Shown: positions 42,225 through 51,729 of the stretch, in pieces
How the letters are laid out: every line of letters begins with the position of its first letter
How positions within the stretch are numbered: the first letter of the stretch is position 1
NCBI GenBank assembly: GCA_965215885.1
Contig: CBDCEW010000090.1
Coordinates: forward strand, 32,001-96,000
Reading direction: 5' to 3'
DNA from: Candidatus Moanibacter sp.
GTDB lineage: Bacteria; Verrucomicrobiota; Verrucomicrobiia; Opitutales; UBA2987
DNA length: 64,000 nt
Made by a program: the position numbers and the translations under genes
The notes under the pieces: generated by a model
The model's input: the letters and a program-made list of their open reading frames with translations, nothing else
What the model was told of the DNA's origin: nothing
Databases searched by the model: none

Positions 42225-42553
42225 GAATTGGGGAGACGGAAGAGAGCGAATATAGGGAGGAGGGTGTCGTCCTATTGCCCGATGACGGCCAAAAGCACAT
42301 CTACGACGATCCACGTAATATTGATCGGGTAGTGAAGAGCTTCTTAGCGGTGTGTCTATTCCTCTTCCTCTTCGATATCGTCTTTATTTTTCACCATAAG
42401 CATTTGAGTTTTACTGAGGGTGAATTCCCGTTAGAGGGCTTTTTCGGGTTTTTCGGTATCTATGGTTTCGGAGCCTGCGTCCTTCTCGTTCTCCTCGCGA
42501 AATACGTCCTGAGAAATCTTGTGATGCGGGACGATGACTACTATGAGCGGTAG
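42221..42553 (+). CDS. Small two-TM protein in the Mnh operon
   Basis: Translationally coupled on both sides; ends MRDDDYYER. Confidence 0.75.
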   Translation: MRIGETEESEYREEGVVLLPDDGQKHIYDDPRNIDRVVKSFLAVCLFLFLFDIVFIFHHKHLSFTEGEFPLEGFFGFFGIYGFGACVLLVLLAKYVLRNLVMRDDDYYER

Positions 42554-44312
42554 TCTGCATCCAGCCCTTGTCCTTTTCGTCGGAGCCCTCCTTATTCCTC
42601 TCCTTGGAGGTTGGTTGCGTAAGGGCTTCCTTGTGTTGGTACCAGTCGTCGGATTTATCAATGTCCTAACCCTTGACACAGGAGCGAGCGCAACACTCTT
42701 TCTCGGGGGGTACGAATTGCTCGTTCTGCGGGTCGACAAACTGAGTCTCCTTTTTGGCTACCTCTTTCACGTGGCTGCTTTGATCGGGGCAATCTACGCC
42801 CTCGGATTGAAAGACAATGTCCAGCTCGTTTCCGCCTTTCTCTATGCTGGAAGTGCCGTGGGTGTCGTATTCGCTGGTGATTTCATTACCCTCTTTCTCT
42901 TTTGGGAGCTGCTCGCAATCACCTCGGTATTCCAAATCTGGGCGCGGAGACGGCCGGGATCGATGTGGTGCGGGATTCGATACCTCATCATGCAGATATC
43001 CTCCGGATTGCTCCTCATTACCGGCGCGGCTTTGAGGTACATGGAAACGGAATCGCTGGCGTTTGATCTGATGCAGTTGGACGGCGTGGCTTCCTATCTA
43101 ATCTTCCTTGCGTTCGGCATAAAGTGCTGCTTCCCCACACTTCACACATGGCTGATCGATGCCTATCCGGAAGCGACGCCGACCGGCACGGTCTTTCTCA
43201 GTTCGTTTACGACTAAAGCAGCCGTATACGCTCTGGCACGGGGTTTTGCAGGAACGGAGATCTTGGTAGTAATCGGCACTGTAATGACGATGTTTCCGAT
43301 ATTTTACGCCGTAATTGAGAACGATCTGCGACGAGTCTTGGGCTACAGCATGATCAACCAGATTGGATTTATGGTCGTCGGCATCGGGATCGGTTCCCCC
43401 ATGGCTGTAAATGGTGCTGTTGCCCATGCCTTTAACGACGTCATTTTTAAGGGCTTGTTATTCATGTCGATGGGAGCGGTTCTTTACCGGACCGGAAAAA
43501 TCAACGGGACTGATCTCGGTGGGCTCTATAAATCAATGCCTTGGACGACTGGTTTTTGTATTGTGGGAGCGGCCTCTATTTCCGCTTTTCCCTTATTTAG
43601 TGGATTCGTGAGCAAGTCGATGATCATGGCAGCGGCTGCTGGAGAGGGACGGATAGCGGTTTGGCTGTTCCTCCTCTTCGCGTCGGCCGGTGTTTTTCAT
43701 CATGCCGGTATAAAGATTCCCTATTTTGCCTTCTATCAGCACGACTCGGGAATACGAACGAAAGAAGCGCCTTTTCACATGCTCGTGGCCATGGGGATTG
43801 CGGCGATGCTTTGTATCTTTAATGGCTCCTTTCCCTCCACTCTATATAGTTTGCTGCCGTACGAAGTGAGCTACGTTCCCTACACGCTTACTCATATTGT
43901 GACGCAGACGCAGCTCCTGTTTTTCTCCGCTCTCGCTTTTACGGTGTTAATGCTGACAAGGGTTTATCCTCCGGAATTGCAATCCGTGAATCTGGATTTC
44001 GACTGGTTCTATCGAAAAGGAGGTCGGCTCCTCTACTGGTTGGCGGACAAATCTTTGAACGGTATTAATGCAGTGTCGTTTCGTTTTGTTGTGCAGGGGG
44101 TTGTCCCGCGGCTGGCTCACCTTTTCCGGCATTATCCTGCCCGGACTCTCGCAACTTTCTTGGTGCCCTATTGGCGGCTAAGCGGGTTGAGCCGGGAAAA
44201 AATACTCGAGAATAAACGCAATCTCTACCTCTCGGTGCAACTCGGGGCTTTCCCCATTGGCATCACCGTGTATCTGGCCGTTTTGATGCTGGCTATACTC
44301 TTTCTTTTCTAG
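42543..44312 (+). CDS. Na+/H+ antiporter subunit D-like, copy 3
   Basis: LHTWLIDAYPEATPTGTVFLSSFTTK and PLFSGFVSK motifs. Confidence 0.9.
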   Translation: MSGSLHPALVLFVGALLIPLLGGWLRKGFLVLVPVVGFINVLTLDTGASATLFLGGYELLVLRVDKLSLLFGYLFHVAALIGAIYALGLKDNVQLVSAFLYAGSAVGVVFAGDFITLFLFWELLAITSVFQIWARRRPGSMWCGIRYLIMQISSGLLLITGAALRYMETESLAFDLMQLDGVASYLIFLAFGIKCCFPTLHTWLIDAYPEATPTGTVFLSSFTTKAAVYALARGFAGTEILVVIGTVMTMFPIFYAVIENDLRRVLGYSMINQIGFMVVGIGIGSPMAVNGAVAHAFNDVIFKGLLFMSMGAVLYRTGKINGTDLGGLYKSMPWTTGFCIVGAASISAFPLFSGFVSKSMIMAAAAGEGRIAVWLFLLFASAGVFHHAGIKIPYFAFYQHDSGIRTKEAPFHMLVAMGIAAMLCIFNGSFPSTLYSLLPYEVSYVPYTLTHIVTQTQLLFFSALAFTVLMLTRVYPPELQSVNLDFDWFYRKGGRLLYWLADKSLNGINAVSFRFVVQGVVPRLAHLFRHYPARTLATFLVPYWRLSGLSREKILENKRNLYLSVQLGAFPIGITVYLAVLMLAILFLF

Positions 44313-44332
44313 TCCCGGCTTGCCGGGACTAG
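44309..44332. terminator. Hairpin at the end of the Mnh operon (member of the 16-bp palindrome family)
   Basis: CTAGTCCCGGC-TT-GCCGGGACTAG; no U-tract on the + strand. Confidence 0.4.
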
Positions 44333-44400
44333 CAGAGAATACCGTTGACAGGGGAACGGATATGACCTTTCTGTTGCAGCTTTCTTGAACCTGCAAGTCC

Positions 44401-44526
44401 GTGAAAGTAGTATCCAGTCTTAAAACTCTGAAAACGCGGCATCCGAATTGTAAGGTTGTACGGCGTCGGGGCCGGATCTACGTAATTTGCAAGACCAAAC
44501 CGCGTTTCAAAGCGCGACAAGGGTAA
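44401..44526 (+). CDS. rpmJ: 50S ribosomal protein L36, type B
   Basis: Manual translation [41 protein letters not shown]; too short for the ORF track. Confidence 0.95.
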   Translation: MKVVSSLKTLKTRHPNCKVVRRRGRIYVICKTKPRFKARQG

Positions 44527-44577
44527 TTGAGTAGATTCGAGCGATCCAAAGGAATGTAAGTAATCAGCGATATTACT

Positions 44578-44823
44578 GTGAAAAAAGACATTCATCCTGA
44601 GATGCATCCGGTCTGTTTTGTCGACGTTTCGTCGGGCAAGAGATTTCTAACGAAGTCGACCTTGAAATCGAAAAAGACAGAGATGATTGATGATGTGGAG
44701 CACCATGTTGTGGTGAGAGACGTGACAAGTGATTCTCATCCCGCTTACACCGGTGAAAGGCGTTTTGTAGATACGGCCGGCAGGGTCGAAAAGTTCAAGA
44801 ATAAGTTCCGCCGGCAGCGATAG
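44578..44823 (+). CDS. rpmE2: 50S ribosomal protein L31, type B
   Basis: MKKDIHP...SDSHPAYTG...VDTAGRVEKF; no CxxC zinc ribbon. Confidence 0.95.
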   Translation: MKKDIHPEMHPVCFVDVSSGKRFLTKSTLKSKKTEMIDDVEHHVVVRDVTSDSHPAYTGERRFVDTAGRVEKFKNKFRRQR

Positions 44824-44863
44824 CATTCGGAACCGGTCTGTCATTGGTTGTGGCTTTGCTGCA

Positions 44864-46105
44864 CTATGATCTCAGGGGACGGGCCGGCTCAAATGTGTGG
44901 ATAAAAAGGCCGGATCGAAGTTTCGGCTCAAACCAGGTGGTCTTTGGCGTCATTATGCCGCCGGAGTCGGCGATTTCCATCAATTGGGCAACGGTCACCG
45001 GGTACATTGAAAAAGCGGCGATCGCTTCGCCGTCATCGATCTGCCGTTCGAGGTGATCGGTTCCTCGGATTCCCCCGATGAATTTGATCCGATCGCTGGT
45101 TCTCTGATCGGAAATATCGAATATCGGACTCAAGATCTTTTCCTGGAGCCAATTCATATCCAAACCGGAAACGGGATCGTCGGATACCAGAGGATCAAAC
45201 TTCAAGCCGTACCACTGACCGCCACAATACATCGCGATTTCAGCGGGACTTTTTGGAGAGGGAGGGGAATTTTCCACGACTTCGCAGCTGGCCGCGATGC
45301 GCTTGATGATGGAGTCGGCATCTGTTCCCTCGGTCGTCAGGATGAGCCGGTTATAGGGAAGAATATTGAGTTGTGAGTCCGGAAAGAGAACGCAGAGAAA
45401 CCAATTGTAATCCTCATTTCCGGTGTGGTCCGGATTGCCTTGGCGCCTCTCTCTCCCAACGCGAGCGGCGCTGGCCGTTCGGTGATGACCGTCAGCTACG
45501 TAGAGGGCTGGTACGGCCTCGAAACAATTGATAATCCGGGTTCCTCCGGGAACTCGCCAGACGGTGTGCCGTATATTGTCTTCCGAGCGGAAGTCGTAGA
45601 GTGCCGGGGTCTGTTGGATCTCTTGGACGAGTTCGTCGATTTCGTCCCGCCCTCGATAAGTGAGAAATACCGGCCCGGGATTAGCGCTCAAGTCGCTCGT
45701 GAGCCTCGTGCGATCATCCTCCTTATCCGGCCTCGTCAACTCATGCCGCTTGATGAGGTCATTGGCATAATCCTCGACGTGGCAGAGGGCAGCGATCCCG
45801 ACCTGGACGTGGCTTCCCCTCTCCAGCTGATAGATGTAGAGGCACCGTTGTTTATCCTGGATGAGATACTCCTTCTCTATGAAATTTGCGAAATTACACA
45901 CGGCACGCTGGTAGACTTCATCGGCGAATGGAGATATTTCATCCGGCAAGTCGATTTCAGCGCGGACAACGCGAAGCATGCTCAAGGAGTTGTCACGGCA
46001 TAGAGCACGGGCTTCTCTTCGGTCCATAACATCGTAAGGAAGCGAAGCCACTTTGTGGGCAGCGCTTGCGGCCGGACGTAGAGCTTCAAAAGCGCGTATA
46101 AACAT
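44864..46105 (-). CDS. DUF1015 family protein
   Basis: LPYDV, IKRHELTR..KE.DR, YVADGHHR, TTWFEPKLRSGL motifs. Confidence 0.92.
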   Translation of the reverse strand: MFIRAFEALRPAASAAHKVASLPYDVMDRREARALCRDNSLSMLRVVRAEIDLPDEISPFADEVYQRAVCNFANFIEKEYLIQDKQRCLYIYQLERGSHVQVGIAALCHVEDYANDLIKRHELTRPDKEDDRTRLTSDLSANPGPVFLTYRGRDEIDELVQEIQQTPALYDFRSEDNIRHTVWRVPGGTRIINCFEAVPALYVADGHHRTASAARVGRERRQGNPDHTGNEDYNWFLCVLFPDSQLNILPYNRLILTTEGTDADSIIKRIAASCEVVENSPPSPKSPAEIAMYCGGQWYGLKFDPLVSDDPVSGLDMNWLQEKILSPIFDISDQRTSDRIKFIGGIRGTDHLERQIDDGEAIAAFSMYPVTVAQLMEIADSGGIMTPKTTWFEPKLRSGLFIHTFEPARPLRS

Positions 46106-46309
46106 CGAGGTGAGAGGGCAACAAAACTGGTGTGCGGAATCAAGCCTGTTAATCCTTTCCCAAAATCAGATGGAACCGGTCGGACCTGAAGCTTTTCGTC
46201 TTTGTGGACGCCAATAGTTCCACTCTACCGTGCGGCAGAGTTTGGTCCCGCAAAGAATGCGCCGGGGGCCTCGCTGTCCTGACAATTCCTTACTGGTACG
46301 GATTAACTT

Positions 46310-48683
46310 CAGACCTCACTATATTGCCCCTCTAAAGGCACTATGCAATCGCAAGTTTAAATCCCGATTTTTTGCCCAGTCGGAAGATGATTCTTCGGCC
46401 TGAACCGTCGGGCATCAGTAAGGGCTTCTGATTGAGAGTTTGCAGATACTCAAGCACCACCGCCTGCACCCGAGGGGGATAAGTTGCGGTGGGGAATAAA
46501 TGCGCTTCGACCGCACAGCCCCTCTCTATAAGAACGCCGTCACTGTGAGTCAAATTGCGAAACAGATCGTGGTCGTCACGATAGTTGTTGTAGCGAGCTT
46601 TAAAGGGTTCGAGCTGCTTGTAGAAGCTGTTACGGGCGAAGATTTTCAAGGCATCCATGAGGGACTTGTTAGCGGTGTCCAGGCGGACATAGTTTTCATC
46701 AATGAGGCGCTGCAGCCTCGAGCATTCGGTGTCGATTTGCTCCAGTTCGAGTTGGAGGGCTTTGAGGGCCTGATCGAGTCGACGGATCTTTTCGCCCCTT
46801 GAGGCGCTTTTGCCCGGGTGGGCATGCTCGGCCAGGAGCAGTCTTTTCAATTCTTCGGTGCATTGCTGTTTTTGCTTCAGGAGGGCTTTGGCGGCACCGC
46901 TTTTCTCCTGCTTGTCCTCAAGGTGTTGGGCTAATCGCTTGTAGTGGACGGTGCGATAAGAGGTGATCTGATTAATCCCAAAGTGCTTATCGAGGTATTT
47001 GAAGTCATTCTCCTGAATCCAGCGACTGAACATCCCTTTGATTACCTCTTCATTTCGGGCCTGCTGATCGGTCGCCAGGATGCTCACGGTAATGGTTCGA
47101 TTTTTTGGATTGGTCGCCTCCACGATCCACTGCACCAGTTGAGGGTTTTTCTTCCAGGGGCCCCGCTGATAGCGAAGATGATACTCCTGGAGATCTTCGG
47201 CATGGTTGCGCGCGCGCTGCAGGCGCAACTGCCCGTCGATCCGTTGGAGGGGCTGGGCGCTGGCCTTGTAACCTTTTTCCCAGGTAATGATTTCGAGTTG
47301 AGGGTGCTCCACGATGGCTTCGTAAAACCACTCCGCGGCGATCGCCCGGTCCACGTAAATACTCACCTTTTTATCAGCCGGCAACTGCACCAGCTCGAGC
47401 ATCGCTTCGCAGTTGGGGATAAACCGTTCCCTTATATCCTCATAGTTGTCGGTACTCGCAAAATAGACCGGATAGCCCTTGAGGGTATGAATAAAATCGC
47501 TGTGGAGCGCTTTGTCGGCCAGACGGATACCCGGACACCATCCCGCCAGCACCTTGCTCATTCCGGTGTAATGTTTGGTGTGCGGATCATAATAAAAGCT
47601 CTCTTCATCCGAAGCATTCAGGCCCCTCGCGTTCACTCTGAGGATCTCTCTTAAAAGCCCTTCATCGGCCAGGGCGCTAAGGCTTTGGCGTTGCAGATAG
47701 GGGGTATACAGGACTCGCCCGATGAGTTTTTGCAGGTCTTCGAGATCGAGCAGTTTGCTCTGCTCGATATTGACCGCGGCCAACAACCCGCAAGCCACCC
47801 ATTGTTTCAAAAGCCAGCCCTCTTCGCGATCAATCTGAGCGACTTCTCTGAGCGCGGCACTGAACAGAAGTACTCCCAGGTGCCGATACCATTGCACCGC
47901 TTCGGAGCTCTCCCTCGAAAAATCGGGAGACCCCTTGCGATTGTCCCCTTCGCTTTCGGGGCTATTTTCTGCTTCTTGCTCCTGTTCGTCCCTCCCCGAG
48001 TCCTCCGGGCAATCCCAGGGAGTCTCCCGATTTTGCGCCCTCTCGGCTTCGGCCTCCTTTGCCCGGGCCTCTTTAAGCTCCTTAAAGACAGGGCGCAAAG
48101 TTTCCCCACTGAGGTTAACTCCGAACACCTCCTCGATCTCCCCCCGTATCTTCTTGCTGTAGCCATACCGACTCTCCCCATAGATCTGCCCGAAGCGCAC
48201 CCGCACAAAACTCCGGATTTCCCTCGTCAATTTGCGATGAGCGCTGCGTCCCGCCAGCACTCGCGCTAAGGTCTCGGCATCTCCGCTTTGAAGCGCCTCC
48301 CCCCACCGCTTCATCGTTTTGGGGTCAACCTCAAATTGCTTCTCTAAGCGCCCTTTCTTCAACCCCGCATTGTAGAGGCGCCCCTCCAATAGCTTGAATT
48401 CAACTTGCTCCCGATCGTCCTCTACGACTTCAAAAAGCTCATGCCCGTAATAGACGTGCAGTTTGCCTTCCCTCAGATCCCGATAGACCGTGATCGAGGG
48501 ATTACCCTTGTCCACTCCAAGGATGCACTGTAAGAAGGTCTCTTCTTTGACGGTAGGTTTCTCCATTTTTCTTCGAATTTGATGGTTCGAAGATGAAGCC
48601 TACCGTTTTCTTTAGCTCTTAAAAGCCGGGAATTGTATCTGCGATTGCCCCCTGCCCGCCAACCCGCATGATAGCGAGTTCTG
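46310..48683 (-). mobile_element. Intact unclassified insertion sequence (2374 bp)
   Basis: 13-bp TIRs CAGACCTCACTAT / CAGAACTCGCTAT (rc, 11/13); 5-bp TSD AACTT (46305-46309, 48684-48688). Confidence 0.88.
46341..48566 (-). CDS. Putative 741-aa DDE transposase
   Basis: HTH-like N-terminus; YYDPHTKHY, YVDRA and SRWIQENDFKY (IS4-superfamily-like); coiled coil; sole long ORF between the TIRs. Confidence 0.82.
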   Translation of the reverse strand: MEKPTVKEETFLQCILGVDKGNPSITVYRDLREGKLHVYYGHELFEVVEDDREQVEFKLLEGRLYNAGLKKGRLEKQFEVDPKTMKRWGEALQSGDAETLARVLAGRSAHRKLTREIRSFVRVRFGQIYGESRYGYSKKIRGEIEEVFGVNLSGETLRPVFKELKEARAKEAEAERAQNRETPWDCPEDSGRDEQEQEAENSPESEGDNRKGSPDFSRESSEAVQWYRHLGVLLFSAALREVAQIDREEGWLLKQWVACGLLAAVNIEQSKLLDLEDLQKLIGRVLYTPYLQRQSLSALADEGLLREILRVNARGLNASDEESFYYDPHTKHYTGMSKVLAGWCPGIRLADKALHSDFIHTLKGYPVYFASTDNYEDIRERFIPNCEAMLELVQLPADKKVSIYVDRAIAAEWFYEAIVEHPQLEIITWEKGYKASAQPLQRIDGQLRLQRARNHAEDLQEYHLRYQRGPWKKNPQLVQWIVEATNPKNRTITVSILATDQQARNEEVIKGMFSRWIQENDFKYLDKHFGINQITSYRTVHYKRLAQHLEDKQEKSGAAKALLKQKQQCTEELKRLLLAEHAHPGKSASRGEKIRRLDQALKALQLELEQIDTECSRLQRLIDENYVRLDTANKSLMDALKIFARNSFYKQLEPFKARYNNYRDDHDLFRNLTHSDGVLIERGCAVEAHLFPTATYPPRVQAVVLEYLQTLNQKPLLMPDGSGRRIIFRLGKKSGFKLAIA

Positions 48684-48750
48684 AACTTGGGCCCGACTTG
48701 CCTTCTCGTTGAATTTGCCGCACACTGGCTCTAGTTAAGTGATCTTCGCG

Positions 48751-49377
48751 ATGAAAGCACTTTTGGTTGTCGACATTCAGAATGACTTTTGTCCGGGCGG
48801 TGCGCTCGCCGTGCCGCAAGGTGATACCATCATACCGACTGTCAACGATTTGGGACAACACTTTGAGCATGTGCTGCTTACCCAGGATTGGCATCCACGC
48901 GGACACTTGTCTTTCGCCTCTTCTTACGAGGGAAGGGAGCCGCTTGACTCAGTGCAGTTGGAGTATGGTGAACAGATACTGTGGCCGGATCACTGTATAC
49001 AGGGGACCGAGGGCGCCGAATTTCATCCGAAATTACATCTTGAAAGGGCAGAACTGATTATTCGAAAAGGATTTCACAAGGAGATCGATTCCTACTCGTC
49101 GTTTTTCGAGAACGACCATCGAACACCTACGGGTTTAGCCGGCTACTTGAGCGAACGAAAAATTGACACCTTGCACCTGTGCGGCCTCGCAACGGACTTT
49201 TGCGTACATTGGTCGGCCGTTGACGGTATAAAGCTGGGACTGAACATTCACGTGATTCTGGACACTTCGCGAGGAATCGACACGAATGGGTCGATGGAGC
49301 ATGCAATGCAGGAAATGAGAAAGGCGGGTGTGCGTTTCACTACTTCGGACGAGATTTTGGGGTTAAAGGCACGGTGA
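48751..49377 (+). CDS. pncA: Nicotinamidase/pyrazinamidase
   Basis: VDIQNDFCPGGALAV, QDWHP, WPDHC, DSYSSF and GLATDFCV motifs. Confidence 0.96.
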   Translation: MKALLVVDIQNDFCPGGALAVPQGDTIIPTVNDLGQHFEHVLLTQDWHPRGHLSFASSYEGREPLDSVQLEYGEQILWPDHCIQGTEGAEFHPKLHLERAELIIRKGFHKEIDSYSSFFENDHRTPTGLAGYLSERKIDTLHLCGLATDFCVHWSAVDGIKLGLNIHVILDTSRGIDTNGSMEHAMQEMRKAGVRFTTSDEILGLKAR

Positions 49378-50702
49378 GAGAGGAGGAATTGGAGAGACAC
49401 GATGGGAAACGGAAAAGCTATTCAAACGTCCGTCGTGATCATAGTCGTGCTCTAAAATCGAAAGAAGAGAGAACATCTGAGCCAATGCTTCCCAGTCTGC
49501 TCGACAACGATCTTTATAAATTCACCATGCAGGGCGCGGTACTGCAATGCTACCCTGAGGCGGAGGCAACATACGAATTTATAAATCGGGATCCTGGGCG
49601 CCGATTCAATAAAGATTTTCTCCAGGAGCTGAGGAAGGAAATAGCCGCCTTGAACGATCTGGCTTTGACCGAGGACGAACTTGAATGGATGGCCGATTTG
49701 GAGCTGTTCGCTGGAGAGTACATTGAATGGCTAAGAGGATTCGCACTCTCGGTCGGCGAAGTGGAGGCCCGTTTCGATAGCGAGGGCAATCTGAGCGTCG
49801 AAGTTCGTGGGCCTTGGGTTCGAACAATACTGTGGGAAGTTCCCCTCATGGCCTTGATCAGCAAAATCTATTTCGAGATGATCGAGACAGATTGGGATCA
49901 CGTTCTAGCAAACTCCTTTGATATAGCGCTAAGGAAAGGGGTTCTCTTGTCCAGGGAAGGGTGCAGATTCTCCGATTTTGGGACTCGGCGGAGAAGAAGC
50001 CCGAGTGTGCACGAAGTGGTACTCCGCGCTTTCCTCGAACTTCCGGTACATCTGGAGCAGGGTGTCGAGAGCGGTTATTCCGGTACGAGCAATGTGTATT
50101 ATTCAAGGATGTTCGGAACGAGGCCAATAGGAACTGTGGCTCACGAGTGGACTATGGCGCACGCCGGTCTCTACGGTGTCGAGGAAGCGAACGAACGAGC
50201 CCTGCGTACCTGGCTTGAAGTCTACGGGAGTGGCTTCAACATTGCCCTGACCGATACCTATACGACGGATTTATTTCTTAAGAGCTTCAGGGCTGACCTT
50301 GCACGTGCCTACGCCGGGGTACGTCATGACAGTGGAGATCCCTTTCCCTTCGTCGATCGAGTTTTGGAGCACTATAGAGATGACGAAATTGATCCGGGAA
50401 CGAAGACGCTCGTTTTCAGCGACGGACTCAATGTCGACAGGGCGATTGCGATCGAGAAACATGTGAATGGCCGTTCTGCCACCGCCTACGGAATCGGGAC
50501 CAATTTTACAAACGATTTTGCAGGCAGTCCCAGCCTGAATTTCGTCATAAAGATGACTGAAATCGAGGGGAAACAGGTGGTTAAGATCAGCGATGACAGG
50601 GGTAAGTCGACCGGGGACGATAAGGTGCTGGAGGAAGTAGAGGAAATCCTCAGGCGCGGCTCTTCAGATCGTACTACGGATTACACCGATGGGCACGGAT
50701 AG
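49374..50702 (+). CDS. pncB: Nicotinate phosphoribosyltransferase (conserved part starts about 49485)
   Basis: SLLDNDLYKFTM, DFGTRRR, GTSNV, GTVAHE, RHDSGDP and FSDGL motifs. Confidence 0.96.
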   Translation: MREEELERHDGKRKSYSNVRRDHSRALKSKEERTSEPMLPSLLDNDLYKFTMQGAVLQCYPEAEATYEFINRDPGRRFNKDFLQELRKEIAALNDLALTEDELEWMADLELFAGEYIEWLRGFALSVGEVEARFDSEGNLSVEVRGPWVRTILWEVPLMALISKIYFEMIETDWDHVLANSFDIALRKGVLLSREGCRFSDFGTRRRRSPSVHEVVLRAFLELPVHLEQGVESGYSGTSNVYYSRMFGTRPIGTVAHEWTMAHAGLYGVEEANERALRTWLEVYGSGFNIALTDTYTTDLFLKSFRADLARAYAGVRHDSGDPFPFVDRVLEHYRDDEIDPGTKTLVFSDGLNVDRAIAIEKHVNGRSATAYGIGTNFTNDFAGSPSLNFVIKMTEIEGKQVVKISDDRGKSTGDDKVLEEVEEILRRGSSDRTTDYTDGHG

Positions 50703-50767
50703 GGATTTTTTGGACGAGCGAGCTTCCTACCCTCGCAGTGAATCTGGCGGAAAGGATAATCGAATTC

Positions 50768-51694
50768 CTAATCCTTTTTAGATGAGGTGCGTTTCTTCTT
50801 TCCCTTTGTGAAATGCCGATTCCCGAAAGTCAGTTCGGCTATGCCGGACTTGTCGAGTTCACCCAAGCCCTCAGAGATCATCAAACGGTATTGCTGAATA
50901 GTAGCGGCGTTGAGAGGCATCTTGATCTTCATTTTTCTTCCTAGGGCACCCGCTATACCGGAATCCTTAGCGGCGTGAGCAGAAGAGAAATAGCAATCGT
51001 GATCTCTGATCTGCATATCTTCCCCATCGGTTTCAAGGACTCTGGAATTTGCTCCCGTTTGAGAGAATACTTCCCGAAGCGTGTTGAGATTCAACCCCAG
51101 GGCGTCGCCCAGTCCCAATCCTTCCGCAAGGCCGGCCGTGTTAATGTTCATAACCATATTAACGAGCGCCTTAACCTCAGCCGCTTTCCCGGCAGTTCCG
51201 ATATAGCGCATATCTGTGCTGAGATTCTTGAGAATGTTTCGCACTCGATTGAATACCGTCTTCTCGCCGCCAACCATTAAGTAGAGAGTTCCTTCGCGCG
51301 CCTGAGTGATACTTGATGCCATGCAGCCTTCGAGAGAGGAGGCTTTCGCTTTCCTGGCAAGGTTCTCGACCTCGACATGAATATGGGGTGAAACTGTGGC
51401 ACAATTTATAAAAACCCTACCGGCAGCGTTGGTGAGCAGATTGTCGCGCTTGCCCGCGAATATCCTCCTCATCGCCGCGTCGTCCGTTACGACGGTAATC
51501 ACCACTTCAGATGCCGCTGAAACATCGGCAAGTTTGCGACAATGAGTAGAACCCAACTCGTCGGCAAGCGATTGGGCCGAGTCTCGATTCGCGTCATAGA
51601 CCGCACTGATTCTGTATCCACAATCTTTAAGCCGGCGGGCCATGTTGGAGCCCATTCTACCGACGCCAACGAATCCGATCTTCTTTTTTGCCAT
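50768..51694 (-). CDS. NAD(P)-dependent oxidoreductase, 3-hydroxyisobutyrate dehydrogenase family
   Basis: GFVGVGRMGSNMA Rossmann motif; KALVNM. Confidence 0.88.
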   Translation of the reverse strand: MAKKKIGFVGVGRMGSNMARRLKDCGYRISAVYDANRDSAQSLADELGSTHCRKLADVSAASEVVITVVTDDAAMRRIFAGKRDNLLTNAAGRVFINCATVSPHIHVEVENLARKAKASSLEGCMASSITQAREGTLYLMVGGEKTVFNRVRNILKNLSTDMRYIGTAGKAAEVKALVNMVMNINTAGLAEGLGLGDALGLNLNTLREVFSQTGANSRVLETDGEDMQIRDHDCYFSSAHAAKDSGIAGALGRKMKIKMPLNAATIQQYRLMISEGLGELDKSGIAELTFGNRHFTKGKKKRTSSKKD

Positions 51695-51729
51695 GAATCT
51701 TTCCCGTTGATGAGTGAATTCGCTTTCTT

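Noticed and set aside
46150..46309. Known RNA families (6S, SRP, tmRNA; TPP, cobalamin, glycine, SAM or NAD riboswitch)
   Set aside because: Hallmark motifs not found by eye; kept only as an unnamed candidate.
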